DNA of 51,997 nucleotides from a virus (Duplodnaviria; Caudoviricetes): positions 1 through 51,997 of the IMG/VR virus record IMGVR_UViG_3300029319_000074. One strand, written 5' to 3'. A program made the translations under genes and the position numbers. Positions 17,187 to 27,315 of the stretch are shown piece after piece. Numbering within the stretch: the stretch's first letter is position 1; each line of letters starts with the position of its first letter. Below the pieces are notes generated by a model. It saw only the letters and a list, made by a program, of their open reading frames with translations. It was not told where the DNA came from and made no database searches.

Positions 17187-18848
17187 ATGAATACAAAATT
17201 TATTAAACACAAACTACCATGTCCTAAGTGTGATAGTAGTGATGCTGTTTCACTTAATGATAATGGTTCTGCTAAATGCTTTAGCTGTAATACATTTTTT
17301 CCAGACTATGATAATGCGAGTGCGTTTAAACAGGATGATAATATATTAGAAATGAAACAACCAGAAACATCTTTTTTAAATTCTTATACTGGTATCTATG
17401 CACCTTTAACAGATAGAAACATATCTGAGAAGACAGCTAGAAAGTTTGGAGTCAAGGTAGTTAAAGACCACAACGGACAAATCAAACAACACATCTATCC
17501 TTTTCATAATGGAAGTGAGATAGTTGCAACCAAGACTAGGTATGTTGACAATAAAAACTTTTCTTGTAATGGAACTTTTGAAGGTACAGGATTGTTTGGA
17601 GAGCAACTGTATCGTAACAAAGGTGGTAAGTATTTAACTATTACAGAGGGAGAGTGTGATGCAATGGCAGTCTATGAATTGATGCAAGGTAAGTCTAGTG
17701 TTGTATCAATCAAACGAGGGGCTTCATCTGCTGTTAAAGATATACGAGAGAGCATTGAGTTTGTAGAATCATTTGATAATGTTGTTCTTTGTTTTGATAA
17801 TGATAAAGCTGGTATTGAATCTGCAAGACAAGTAGCTAGAATACTTAAGCCAAGTAAAGCTAAGATAATAAATTTACCTAACGGATATAAAGATGCTAAC
17901 GAGATGTTAGCTAAGAAAAAGTTCCAAGAGTTTTCTACTGCATGGTGGGAAGCCAAGACTTATACACCATCTGGTATCATGGAGTTAGCTAGTAAGAAAG
18001 ATGAATGGTTAAACAGAGAAGAGAAAGAAAGTATTGCATATCCTTGGGAAGGTTTAAACAGGAAGTTATATGGTATGCGTAAAGGAGAACTTGTAACTCT
18101 TACTGGTGGTACAGGACTTGGTAAGTCTAGTGTGACTAGAGAACTGGAGCATCATCTTATAAAGAATACAAAAGATAATGTAGGTATCATAGCACTAGAA
18201 GAAAACTGGTTGCGTACTGCAGATGGTATTGTGTCTATCGAAGCTAATGATAGAATATATTTATCAGAGAAACGAGCTAAGTATACAGATGAAGAACTAA
18301 ATACTTTATTTGATAATGCAATAGAAGAAGGGAGAGTTTATATTCATGCACATTTAGGAGCAACAGATATTGATGAGATATTTTCTAAGTTAAGATATAT
18401 CATTGTCGGTTGTCAATGTGACTGGGTGGTGGTTGACCACTTACACATGCTTGTAAATGTGTTGACAGAGGGAGATGAGAGAAGAGGTATCGACATGCTA
18501 ATGAATAGACTTCGTAGTCTGGTAGAGGAAACTGGTGTGGGTATGATACTGGTATCGCATTTGCGTAGGGCATCTGGCGATAGAGGACACGAGAAAGGCA
18601 TACAGGTATCTCTATCTCATCTCAAGGGTTCACAAGGTATAGCACAGTTGTCTGATTGTGTTATAGCATTAGAGAGAAATCAACAAGCAGAAAATCCAGA
18701 TGAAGCTAACATAACTAAAGTAAGAGTATTGAAGTCAAGATATACAGGCGATACTGGGATGGCTTGTAGTTTAAAATATGATATTGATACTGGTAGATTA
18801 CATGAGGTAACAGGGGAGGAAACATTTGACAATGAAGCTGATTTTTGA
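17187..18848 (+). CDS. DNA primase-helicase (T7 gp4-like)
   Basis: Zn finger CPKC...CFSC; TOPRIM ITEGECDA and FDNDKAG; DnaB-type GGTGLGKS, VVDHL and LKGSQGIAQLSD. Confidence 0.93.
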   Translation: MNTKFIKHKLPCPKCDSSDAVSLNDNGSAKCFSCNTFFPDYDNASAFKQDDNILEMKQPETSFLNSYTGIYAPLTDRNISEKTARKFGVKVVKDHNGQIKQHIYPFHNGSEIVATKTRYVDNKNFSCNGTFEGTGLFGEQLYRNKGGKYLTITEGECDAMAVYELMQGKSSVVSIKRGASSAVKDIRESIEFVESFDNVVLCFDNDKAGIESARQVARILKPSKAKIINLPNGYKDANEMLAKKKFQEFSTAWWEAKTYTPSGIMELASKKDEWLNREEKESIAYPWEGLNRKLYGMRKGELVTLTGGTGLGKSSVTRELEHHLIKNTKDNVGIIALEENWLRTADGIVSIEANDRIYLSEKRAKYTDEELNTLFDNAIEEGRVYIHAHLGATDIDEIFSKLRYIIVGCQCDWVVVDHLHMLVNVLTEGDERRGIDMLMNRLRSLVEETGVGMILVSHLRRASGDRGHEKGIQVSLSHLKGSQGIAQLSDCVIALERNQQAENPDEANITKVRVLKSRYTGDTGMACSLKYDIDTGRLHEVTGEETFDNEADF

Positions 18849-20553
18849 TATAGAAACTGATGACCTAGATGCTACAAAAGTTTGGTGTATTGTAGCAAAA
18901 GAATTAAATGGTAAGTCTTACAGATTTACACCAGATGAAATAGAAGATGGTATAAAACTATTACAAGATGCAGACACTTTGATAGGACATAACATCATAG
19001 GGTTTGACTTGCCGGTTCTTGGTAATCTTTACAACTTTAAATACAAAGGAAAGATTATAGATACTTTAGTTATGTCAAGACTTTACAATCCAGTCAGAGA
19101 GAATGGACATAGCCTAAAGACTTGGGGATATAGATTAGGAATACCTAAACAAGAACAACCAGAGTTTGAAAGTTATACTCCGGCTATGTTAAATTATTGT
19201 GAACAAGATGTAATATTAAATGAAGCTGTATATAAATATTTATTAGATGAAGGTACAGGTTTTAGTAAAGAATCATTTGATTTAGAACAAAAGACTGCAT
19301 CAATTATTAGAGAGCAAGAGAAGACAGGATTTTATTTTGATAGTCAACAAGCTATGACTTTACTTGCTCAACTTAGTCAAAACAAAGCAGATGTAGAAGA
19401 TGAAGTACAGAAAACATTTAAGCCTAAATGGGTAGAAGATAAAATGGTATTGCCCTACACTAATAAAAATGGAGAGTTAAGTAAAAGAGGACTTACAGAT
19501 GATGAGTATGAAAATATTCTTATCTCTGGTAATAGAGAACCTTTTATGCGTAGAAAGTTAGTTGACTTTAATTTAGGTAGTCGCAAACAAATAGGAGAAT
19601 ATCTTATAGACTTTGGTTGGAAACCAGAAAAGTTTACTCCTACTGGACAACCTATTGTAGATGAGGGAACACTTAAAAAGATTACTCATATCAAAGAGGC
19701 TAAACTAATAGCTGATTATTTATTGTATCAGAAAAGAATAGCACAGGTCTCATCTTGGATTGATGAATTAAAAGATGACAGAGTTCATGGTAGAGTTATA
19801 CCTAATGGAACTATTACAGGTAGAATGACCCATAGAAATCCTAACATGGCTCAAGTTCCAAACTTAGGTAGTCCTTATGGTAAAGAGTGTCGTGCTTGTT
19901 GGACTGTACCAGAGGGATATAAACTTGTAGGTATAGATGCTAGTGGACTAGAGTTAAGAATGTTAGCACACTATATGAATGATGCTGATTACATTGAAGA
20001 AGTAGTCAATGGAGATATACATTCTACTAATCAAGAACTAGCTGGTCTTAAAACTAGAGACCAAGCTAAGACATTTATTTATGCTCTAGTATATGGGGCT
20101 GGAGATGCAAAGATAGGTAAGATAATAAATGGAGACATAAATAAAGGTAAAGCATTACGAGAAAGATTCTTCCGTAATTTACCGGCTTTAAAAAAGTTAA
20201 GAGATAGAGTACAACAAGCTTCTAATCGTGGATTTCTAAAAGGGATAGATGGTAGGAAGATATATGTAAGGAGTCAACATGCTTCTTTAAATACACTACT
20301 ACAAGGATGTGGTGCTATTGTAATGAAACAAGCTATGGTAAACTTATATGAACTAATTAAACTTAATACAGTAGATGCTCAGTTTGTAGCGAACATACAT
20401 GATGAGTGGCAACTACAAGTTAAAGAATCTCAAGCAGATTACATTGGTAGATTAGGTGTTGAGTCAATAGAAAAAGTAACAGAGCAGTTTAACATGAGAT
20501 GTGATTTAACTGGTCAGTATAAAGTAGGAGGTAATTGGAGTGAAACCCACTAA
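18832..20553 (+). CDS. DNA polymerase family A with 3'-5' exonuclease (T7 gp5-like)
   Basis: FDIETD and HNIIGFD (exonuclease); DASGLELR, RDQAKTFIYALVYG and HDE (polymerase motifs A, B, C). Confidence 0.95.
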   Translation: MKLIFDIETDDLDATKVWCIVAKELNGKSYRFTPDEIEDGIKLLQDADTLIGHNIIGFDLPVLGNLYNFKYKGKIIDTLVMSRLYNPVRENGHSLKTWGYRLGIPKQEQPEFESYTPAMLNYCEQDVILNEAVYKYLLDEGTGFSKESFDLEQKTASIIREQEKTGFYFDSQQAMTLLAQLSQNKADVEDEVQKTFKPKWVEDKMVLPYTNKNGELSKRGLTDDEYENILISGNREPFMRRKLVDFNLGSRKQIGEYLIDFGWKPEKFTPTGQPIVDEGTLKKITHIKEAKLIADYLLYQKRIAQVSSWIDELKDDRVHGRVIPNGTITGRMTHRNPNMAQVPNLGSPYGKECRACWTVPEGYKLVGIDASGLELRMLAHYMNDADYIEEVVNGDIHSTNQELAGLKTRDQAKTFIYALVYGAGDAKIGKIINGDINKGKALRERFFRNLPALKKLRDRVQQASNRGFLKGIDGRKIYVRSQHASLNTLLQGCGAIVMKQAMVNLYELIKLNTVDAQFVANIHDEWQLQVKESQADYIGRLGVESIEKVTEQFNMRCDLTGQYKVGGNWSETH

Positions 20554-20953
20554 AGAAGATAGAAAAAAGTTTGACCTTGATTTAGAGTATGGTCAGATAA
20601 GAGAAGATAAAATAGCAGACATGCTTAATAATAAAAAGATAGAAGTTAAATCTGAAAGAGGTATGTGGATGAAGACAGGTAACATTTGTATTGAGTATGA
20701 ATCTTATGGTAAACCTTCTGGCATCATTACAACTGAAGCAGACTTTTGGTTTCATAATCTTTGTATTGATGATGACATATTCTGTACCTTTATATTTGAT
20801 GTACCAAAACTAAAACAACTTATAGATAAATTAGATTTTAAAAAGTCTGTATGTGGTGGAGACCATAAAGCAAGTAAGATGTGGTTAGTAAATATTAGAA
20901 AATTATTTACATCTGATGTGTTTAAAACATTTAAGGACCTAAAAAATGACTAA
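20540..20953 (+). CDS. Hypothetical protein, possible PD-(D/E)xK nuclease
   Basis: IEVKSE...TGNICIEY...KPSGI pattern. Confidence 0.5.
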   Translation: MKPTKEDRKKFDLDLEYGQIREDKIADMLNNKKIEVKSERGMWMKTGNICIEYESYGKPSGIITTEADFWFHNLCIDDDIFCTFIFDVPKLKQLIDKLDFKKSVCGGDHKASKMWLVNIRKLFTSDVFKTFKDLKND

Positions 20954-21740
20954 ACCCCTTGACAAAACTGAATTAGATAAGTATAATAAGTTTACATCCG
21001 AGTCCGGACATTGGTATTCTCTTGAGGGAGAACCTATGTACACTATCATAGGGGCTAATGGTAAAGAAAGAAATACTACACTAAGGGATGCTAAAAGTAT
21101 AGGACTTGTTCCTTCCGTTACTACTATTCTTGGTATGGTTGCAAAACCAGCACTAGAAAACTGGAAGATAACTCAAGCGATAAAATCTGCAGCAACACTT
21201 GACATAGGAGATGAAGAGTCTATGGATTCTTTTGTGTACAGGTGCAAAGCTGATGCAAAACAGATTGGTTCTAAAGCTGCAAAAGAGGGAACTAAAATAC
21301 ATGCACAAATAGAAAAAGGATTTCTTGGCAAAGGTAAATCTAAACCTTACAAGATTATTCAATCATGGTTGGATGAAAACTTTCCTAATGAAGATTGGAT
21401 AGCAGAAGATTCTTTTTGTGCGAAGCAAGGTTATGGTGGTAAGATAGACTTGTATTCTAAGTCAGGGATATTTGTGGACTTTAAAACTAAAGATAACCTT
21501 GAGGGTAAAGAACCTAGTAAATTAGTTTATGATGAACATGGTATGCAACTATCAGCGTATGCTCAAGGTTGTAACATAGATGACCCTACAAGAGTTTCTA
21601 TCTTTGTAGATAGAGCAGATACAAGTATAGTTCTTTGTCATATATGGGATAAAGAATCACACGAGAAACATAAAGAAATGTTTAATAGTATATTAAAATA
21701 TTGGCAACTGGTAAAGAATTATGAATGGCAAGAAATCTAA
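20946..21740 (+). CDS. PD-(D/E)xK exonuclease-like protein
   Basis: PSVTTIL, GTKIH, YGGKIDL, DFKT and QLSAYA. Confidence 0.75.
   Translation: MTKPLDKTELDKYNKFTSESGHWYSLEGEPMYTIIGANGKERNTTLRDAKSIGLVPSVTTILGMVAKPALENWKITQAIKSAATLDIGDEESMDSFVYRCKADAKQIGSKAAKEGTKIHAQIEKGFLGKGKSKPYKIIQSWLDENFPNEDWIAEDSFCAKQGYGGKIDLYSKSGIFVDFKTKDNLEGKEPSKLVYDEHGMQLSAYAQGCNIDDPTRVSIFVDRADTSIVLCHIWDKESHEKHKEMFNSILKYWQLVKNYEWQEI
20959..20987 (+). promoter_or_regulatory. Intragenic sigma70 consensus promoter
   Basis: TTGACA-17 nt-TATAAT. Confidence 0.65.
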
Positions 21741-21963
21741 ACTAATAAGAAGAAAAGCAGAAGAAAGATTATTAGATTGGTTAAGAACCATGACACCAGA
21801 TGGAGAAGATAAATCTAGAATTAACAGAAAAAATTTACATGAGTTTCTTCCTGAACAAACACACATCTTTGCTAATAATAAATTTATGATTAGTGCGTAC
21901 AGTTTAAGATGGTTTTATAAACAAACAAAAAAAGAATATTATGAAAAAAAGAATAAATTATAA
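21721..21963 (+). CDS. Hypothetical protein
   Basis: Coupled ORF starting MNGKKSKLIRR. Confidence 0.55.
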   Translation: MNGKKSKLIRRKAEERLLDWLRTMTPDGEDKSRINRKNLHEFLPEQTHIFANNKFMISAYSLRWFYKQTKKEYYEKKNKL

Positions 21964-22222
21964 ATTTAAAGAAAAAGAAATTTTAGAAATAATAAAAACA
22001 TATATTGATACAACTTATACTCAACATTATGGGAAAGGTAAATATCAAGCTACCGATATGATAATAGATGCTGGTCATGGAGAAAGCTTTTGTATTGGTA
22101 ATATTATGAAGTATGCTATGAGATGTGGTAAAAAAGAAAACAATTCTACTCAAGCAGAGTTATACAAAATAATACACTATGCAATCATAGCTTTATATTT
22201 GGAGATATGGCATGATGATTGA
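21941..22222 (+). CDS. DUF3310-like (gp1.7-like nucleotide kinase) protein
   Basis: HY...FCIGNIMKYAMRCGKK...LYKIIHYA. Confidence 0.6.
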   Translation: MKKRINYKFKEKEILEIIKTYIDTTYTQHYGKGKYQATDMIIDAGHGESFCIGNIMKYAMRCGKKENNSTQAELYKIIHYAIIALYLEIWHDD

Positions 22223-24110
22223 AGATAAAGTAGGAACTAAAAGTTATTTAGGAATTATAATAAACTATGACAAAGAAAAAAACTTTGATAAGTTTAGTAT
22301 AGATACTCTCAAGGATAGATATTTTTGGGATAATGAAACTCATGCACAGGAGGCTTTTGCGAGAGCTGCAGTCTTTGGTGCAACATTTAAAGGAGAAACA
22401 GATTATGTATTGGCTCAAAGACTTTATGACTACAGTTCCGACTGTTGGTTCATGTTTAGCACTCCTATACTTAGTAACGGGGGAACTACTCGTGGGCTAC
22501 CTATCTCTTGCTTTCTTAATTATGTTCCTGATAGCAGGACTGGTTTATCTTCTCATTACGATGAGAATATATGGTTGGCAAGTTCAGGTGGGGGTATCGG
22601 TGGATACTGGGGAGATGTTAGGAGTAATGGTATATCTACTACTCATGGCTCTAGGTCAACTGGTTCAATTCCTTTCATGCATGTAGTTGATTCTCAAATG
22701 TTAGCCTTTAATCAAGGCACAACTAGAAGAGGTTCTTATGCTGCATATATGGATGTAAGTCATCCAGAGATTGAAGAGTTTATCAACATTAGAAAAGAAT
22801 CTGGTGGAGATATAAATAGGAAGTGTTTAAACTTACACAATGGAGTTAATATTACAAACACTTTTTTAGATGCTGTAAAGAATGATGAAGATTGGAGATT
22901 GATTGACCCTAAAACTAATGAAGCAGTTAAGACTATTAATGCTAGAGATTTATGGTTTCAAATAATAAATGCTCGTGCAGAAACAGGAGAACCTTACATG
23001 GTTAATATTGATACCTGTAATAATGCACTACCTAAACAACAAAAAGATTTAGGTTTAGAAATTAGACAAAGTAATTTATGTTCAGAAATAACACTACCAA
23101 CTAATGAAGAAAGAACAGCAGTATGTTGTTTGTCTTCTGTTAATTTAGAACACTTTGATAAATGGTCTAAAGATGAAAACTTTATATCAGATTTAATAAC
23201 TATGCTTGATAATATTATAGAACATTATATTGAGAATGCAGTAGATACATCACAATTAGGAGGATATAGTGCAAATTTTAATAGGTTTAGTAAATATATT
23301 AAAGAAGGTAAAGAAGGATATACTAAATCTGCCTATTCGGCATATAGAGAGAGGAGTCTCGGCTTGGGTGCGATGGGCTTTCATGCATATCTACAGTCTA
23401 GGAACATACCTTTTGAAGGTCTTTTCGCAACTGGATTTAACCACAAAGCTTTTACATATATTAAATCAAAAGCAAAAGAAGCTACTAAACAACTGGCTAT
23501 TGAAAGGGGCGAAGCTCCTGACATTCATGGTACGGGTAGTAGAAATGCTAACCTACTTGCTATTGCTCCTAACGCTAGTAGTGGGATTATATGTAGTGGC
23601 ACTTCTCCTAGTATCGAGCCTTATAGAGCTAATTGCTATACTCACAAAACTTTATCAGGAAGCTATCAAGTTAAGAATAAATATCTTGAAAAAGTTTTAA
23701 AATCAAAAGGATTAAAAGGTAAAAAGCTAGAGGAAACATGGAAAGATATAGCTGGTAGTGATGGGTCAGTACAACATTTAGATATTCTTAATGATAAAGA
23801 AAAAGAAATATTTAAAACAGCAAATGAAATAAATCAAATATGGGTAGTGGAACATGCATATCAACGACAACAATATGTATGTCAAGCACAATCTGTAAAC
23901 TTATTCTTTACTTTACCAAAAGCAACGGAAGGTCAAGATATACATGATGATTACATGCAGTATGTAAATGATGTGCATTGGTATGGTATGAATAAACTTA
24001 AATCACTCTACTATTTTAGGTCTAACGCAGCTAGAAATGTAGAGAATGTAAACATTAAAGTTCCAAGAATCAAGTTAGATGATGTGGAATGTATAGCCTG
24101 TGAGGGGTGA
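22212..24110 (+). CDS. nrdA: Ribonucleotide reductase class I alpha subunit (no ATP cone)
   Basis: STP..SN, ISCF, SNLCSEI, APNASS, LYY and C-terminal CIAC. Confidence 0.93.
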   Translation: MMIEDKVGTKSYLGIIINYDKEKNFDKFSIDTLKDRYFWDNETHAQEAFARAAVFGATFKGETDYVLAQRLYDYSSDCWFMFSTPILSNGGTTRGLPISCFLNYVPDSRTGLSSHYDENIWLASSGGGIGGYWGDVRSNGISTTHGSRSTGSIPFMHVVDSQMLAFNQGTTRRGSYAAYMDVSHPEIEEFINIRKESGGDINRKCLNLHNGVNITNTFLDAVKNDEDWRLIDPKTNEAVKTINARDLWFQIINARAETGEPYMVNIDTCNNALPKQQKDLGLEIRQSNLCSEITLPTNEERTAVCCLSSVNLEHFDKWSKDENFISDLITMLDNIIEHYIENAVDTSQLGGYSANFNRFSKYIKEGKEGYTKSAYSAYRERSLGLGAMGFHAYLQSRNIPFEGLFATGFNHKAFTYIKSKAKEATKQLAIERGEAPDIHGTGSRNANLLAIAPNASSGIICSGTSPSIEPYRANCYTHKTLSGSYQVKNKYLEKVLKSKGLKGKKLEETWKDIAGSDGSVQHLDILNDKEKEIFKTANEINQIWVVEHAYQRQQYVCQAQSVNLFFTLPKATEGQDIHDDYMQYVNDVHWYGMNKLKSLYYFRSNAARNVENVNIKVPRIKLDDVECIACEG

Positions 24111-24330
24111 TATGAAAGTAGAAATATTATATGATGCTTTGTATGATAAATATAAAGCAAAACAAACAGAAGCTTTATGTAATCTTCAAATGTATTTTAT
24201 GGAAGGAGTAGGTGTAGCAGACCATCCTGATACAGTAAAAACTGCAGCTAAATTGTTTGAAGATTATGCAGATGCAACAGAATATTTAAAACTATTAAGG
24301 GAGAGTAAACATGAGCTTATTGGGCAATAG
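24100..24330 (+). CDS. Hypothetical protein between nrdA and nrdB
   Basis: VGVADHPD motif; coupled ORF. Confidence 0.55.
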   Translation: MRGDMKVEILYDALYDKYKAKQTEALCNLQMYFMEGVGVADHPDTVKTAAKLFEDYADATEYLKLLRESKHELIGQ

Positions 24331-25285
24331 AGATTATTATAAACCATTTGAATATCCATGGATGTTTGACTACTATGTTTTGCAAAATCAAATGCATTGG
24401 ATGCCAGAGTCTGTACCTTTACATACAGATGTAAAAGATTGGCAAGACTTAACTGAGAAAGAAAAGAATTTACTTACACAAATATTTAGATTATTTACTC
24501 AATCAGATGTAGATGTAGCTAGTGGGTACATTGATAAGTATATGCGTACATTTAAAAAACCAGAAGCAAGAATGATGATGTCATCTTTTGCTAACATGGA
24601 ATCAATACATCAACATGCCTACAGTTTACTACTTGATACTGTTGGTATGCCGGATATAGAATACAAAGCTTTTGCTGACTATGAAGAGATGTCAGATAAG
24701 CATGATTATGTTTCTAATTTTAAACCAACTACTAAAGATAAAAGAACTATAGCAAAAACTCTTGCTGTATATTCTGCTTTTACAGAAGGACTACAATTAT
24801 TTAGTAGCTTTGCAATCTTATTAAACTTCCCAAGGTTCGGTAAGATGAAAGGCATGGGTCAGATAGTTACATATTCTATTCGTGATGAATCATTACATGT
24901 CGAAGCTATGACTAAATTATTTAGAGAGTTTATAAAAGAAAATGTAGATATTTGGACTGATGATTTTAAAAAAGAACTTTATGATATTTGTAGACAAATG
25001 GTAGAGTTAGAAGATAAGTTTTTAGATTTAGTATTTGAAATGGGAGACATACAAGGACTAACTAAAAAAGATATGTATGCTTACAATAGATACATAGCTG
25101 ATAGAAGATTACTGCAACTAGGACTTAAAACTAATTATGACCAGAAAGAAAATCCTTTAGGTTGGATTGATGAAGTTACTGGTGTTGAACATCAAAATTT
25201 TTTTGAGGGTAGAGCAACAACATATATGAAAGCCGGACTTAGAGGCAGACAAGATAACATAACATTTAGTGATTTAAATGAATAA
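24311..25285 (+). CDS. nrdB: Ribonucleotide reductase class Ia beta subunit
   Basis: FTQSD, MESIHQHAY (radical Tyr), EG..LFSSF, RDESLH and NFFE. Confidence 0.93.
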   Translation: MSLLGNRDYYKPFEYPWMFDYYVLQNQMHWMPESVPLHTDVKDWQDLTEKEKNLLTQIFRLFTQSDVDVASGYIDKYMRTFKKPEARMMMSSFANMESIHQHAYSLLLDTVGMPDIEYKAFADYEEMSDKHDYVSNFKPTTKDKRTIAKTLAVYSAFTEGLQLFSSFAILLNFPRFGKMKGMGQIVTYSIRDESLHVEAMTKLFREFIKENVDIWTDDFKKELYDICRQMVELEDKFLDLVFEMGDIQGLTKKDMYAYNRYIADRRLLQLGLKTNYDQKENPLGWIDEVTGVEHQNFFEGRATTYMKAGLRGRQDNITFSDLNE

Positions 25286-25502
25286 AAAAGAAGCTACTTT
25301 ATTAGGTTATAAAGTTCTATACAATAGAGCTGGTAAATTAATTACAGAGAGAACATCTACTGATATTACATCACTAAAGGAATACTTTACTGCTGAAGAA
25401 TACGCAACACTACAAACTGTTGTACGAGAAGGAACAAATAAGTTAGATGAAATACATAATTATATTGAAGCTAATTTAAATGCTAGGAGAATGACAGATT
25501 GA
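25278..25502 (+). CDS. Hypothetical protein
   Basis: Coupled ORF. Confidence 0.5.
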   Translation: MNKKEATLLGYKVLYNRAGKLITERTSTDITSLKEYFTAEEYATLQTVVREGTNKLDEIHNYIEANLNARRMTD

Positions 25503-27247
25503 GGTGGGCTAGTTTACTACTAGGGTTGCTGACATTACCTTTATTATTTAATGTTACACCTTTAGAAGTGATGAGGTTAAAAACCTTTGATGCTTTTATA
25601 GAAACACCAGAACCATCTGGTAACTTTGTAATCTTAAATATAACTGAAGAAGATGTACAAGAAAGAGGTGGCTATCCTTTTCCTAGACAAGACCTTGCAG
25701 AAATACATAGACAATTAATTAATGAAGGTGCATTAGGAATTGGTTGGGTTATATTATTTCCACAACCAGATAGGTTTGGAGGGGATTATATATTTAAACA
25801 AATGTTGAGTTATGCTCCTAGTATTTTAGCTATGCCTGAGTTTGACAATGGAGAGTACCCTAAAACTCATGGTACTGTTATACTTGGACCAGATGTAGAC
25901 TTACCCAAAGCAAAAGGATTTTTACAGAATATACCAGAACTTCAAGAAGTATCAGCTCAAGGTGCTGTCTCTGCTCCTGTAGATGTAGATAATCTTATTA
26001 GAAGAATACCTTTACTACAACAGACACCTGATGGATGGGTTGCTTCTTTTGGAACTGAGGTATTAAAAAGTTTGGTGGATGCTAAAACCTATCAAATAAA
26101 AACAAACGAGAATGGTATAGAGCAAATAAGAATTAGAGGATTGAATCCTATACCTACAGATAGTCTTGGTCGTAAGTGGATTTCATGGGTTGATACACCA
26201 CAAACTACACTATCTGAAATGAATGTTGCAGGTAAGTTTGTATTCGTGGGTGTTACTGCAGAGGGGGTTATGCCGACTTTAGCTACACCAAATGGGCTAT
26301 TAGAGCCTCACAAGATACAGGCTGCCCTTGCAGAAAGTATTTTGATTAACTCTCCGTTCATACCAGACTACAGATTATTTGTGGAGTTACTTATATTATG
26401 CATTTCAGGACTATTAATCGCTTTTTTAATAAATCGTTTTGGTATAACCATGGGATTAGTTTCAGCAGGTACATTGATGTTCTCGATATGTTTGCTAGGT
26501 TATTATTTTATATTACGAGGTTTTTTAATTGATGTAACATGGAGTATGACAAGTATGACACTTATTGCACTCCAACAATTTTATTTAAATTTTAGAACTC
26601 AATACAAATTAAGACAACAAATTAAGAAACAATTTGAGCATTACCTTGACCCAAGACAAGTAAAAAAATTACAAGACAATCCAAAATCTTTAAAACTTGG
26701 TGGAGAAAGAAAGTATTGTTCTTTTCTTTTTACAGATGTTAGAGGTTTTACTTCACTATCAGAAAAATTAGAACCAGAAGAAGTAACAGAAATAATGAAC
26801 AAGGCATTAACTATACAAGCTAACGCAGTTAAAAAGTATGGAGGTATGGTAGATAAATATATTGGAGATGCAATGATGGCTATCTTTAATGCTCCTTTAG
26901 ATTTAGATATGCATGAAGACCGAGCCATACTTACAGCTATAGAAATTAAAAAACAAATGGAAGAAGCTAATCTTGATATTGATATAGGTATAGGTATTAA
27001 TAGTGGAGATGCTGTCATTGGTAACATGGGTAGTGATACAAGATTTGATTATACTGCTATTGGAGATGCTGTTAATCTTGCAGCTAGAATGGAGTCAAGT
27101 TGTAAAGAAGTAGGAGAGGATATAGTTATAGCAGAAAATACAGCACTACAAACAGACATGAAACTTGTTAAGTTAAAACCTATTAAAGTTAAAGGTAAAT
27201 CAAAAGCTATAAAAATTTACACAATAGACTTGACAAATAGTGTTTAA
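25499..27247 (+). CDS. CHASE2-domain class III adenylyl cyclase
   Basis: N-terminal TM; CHASE2 (YPFPR, F.QPDR, DVDNLIRRIPL); 3 TM helices; cyclase motifs FTDVRGFT, DKYIGDA and DYTAIGDAVNLAARME; TTG start after AGGAG. Confidence 0.92.
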   Translation: MRWASLLLGLLTLPLLFNVTPLEVMRLKTFDAFIETPEPSGNFVILNITEEDVQERGGYPFPRQDLAEIHRQLINEGALGIGWVILFPQPDRFGGDYIFKQMLSYAPSILAMPEFDNGEYPKTHGTVILGPDVDLPKAKGFLQNIPELQEVSAQGAVSAPVDVDNLIRRIPLLQQTPDGWVASFGTEVLKSLVDAKTYQIKTNENGIEQIRIRGLNPIPTDSLGRKWISWVDTPQTTLSEMNVAGKFVFVGVTAEGVMPTLATPNGLLEPHKIQAALAESILINSPFIPDYRLFVELLILCISGLLIAFLINRFGITMGLVSAGTLMFSICLLGYYFILRGFLIDVTWSMTSMTLIALQQFYLNFRTQYKLRQQIKKQFEHYLDPRQVKKLQDNPKSLKLGGERKYCSFLFTDVRGFTSLSEKLEPEEVTEIMNKALTIQANAVKKYGGMVDKYIGDAMMAIFNAPLDLDMHEDRAILTAIEIKKQMEEANLDIDIGIGINSGDAVIGNMGSDTRFDYTAIGDAVNLAARMESSCKEVGEDIVIAENTALQTDMKLVKLKPIKVKGKSKAIKIYTIDLTNSV

Positions 27248-27257
27248 ACACTATAAT
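27230..27257 (+). promoter_or_regulatory. sigma70-type promoter for hsp20 with an overlapping 18-bp palindrome
   Basis: TTGACA-16 nt-TATAAT; ATAGTGTTTAAACACTAT at 27237-27254. Confidence 0.65.
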
Positions 27258-27265
27258 ATAGATAA

Positions 27266-27312
27266 GGGTGTGCGAAAGGTCGGCACTCAATAACTTGCTT
27301 TATAAAGGAGTT
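27266..27312 (+). promoter_or_regulatory. ROSE-like RNA thermometer candidate
   Basis: 5' hairpin plus AACTTGCTTT-AT-AAAGGAGTT, in which UUGCU pairs with the SD. Confidence 0.6.
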
Positions 27313-27315
27313 AAT

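Noticed and set aside
22333-23700. Alternate-frame ORFs inside nrdA (22333-22686, 23269-23700)
   Set aside because: nrdA is continuous with all motifs; no intron, intein or homing-nuclease signature
27268-27315. GTG-start extension of hsp20
   Set aside because: Lies in the predicted 5' UTR; the strong SD precedes ATG 27316
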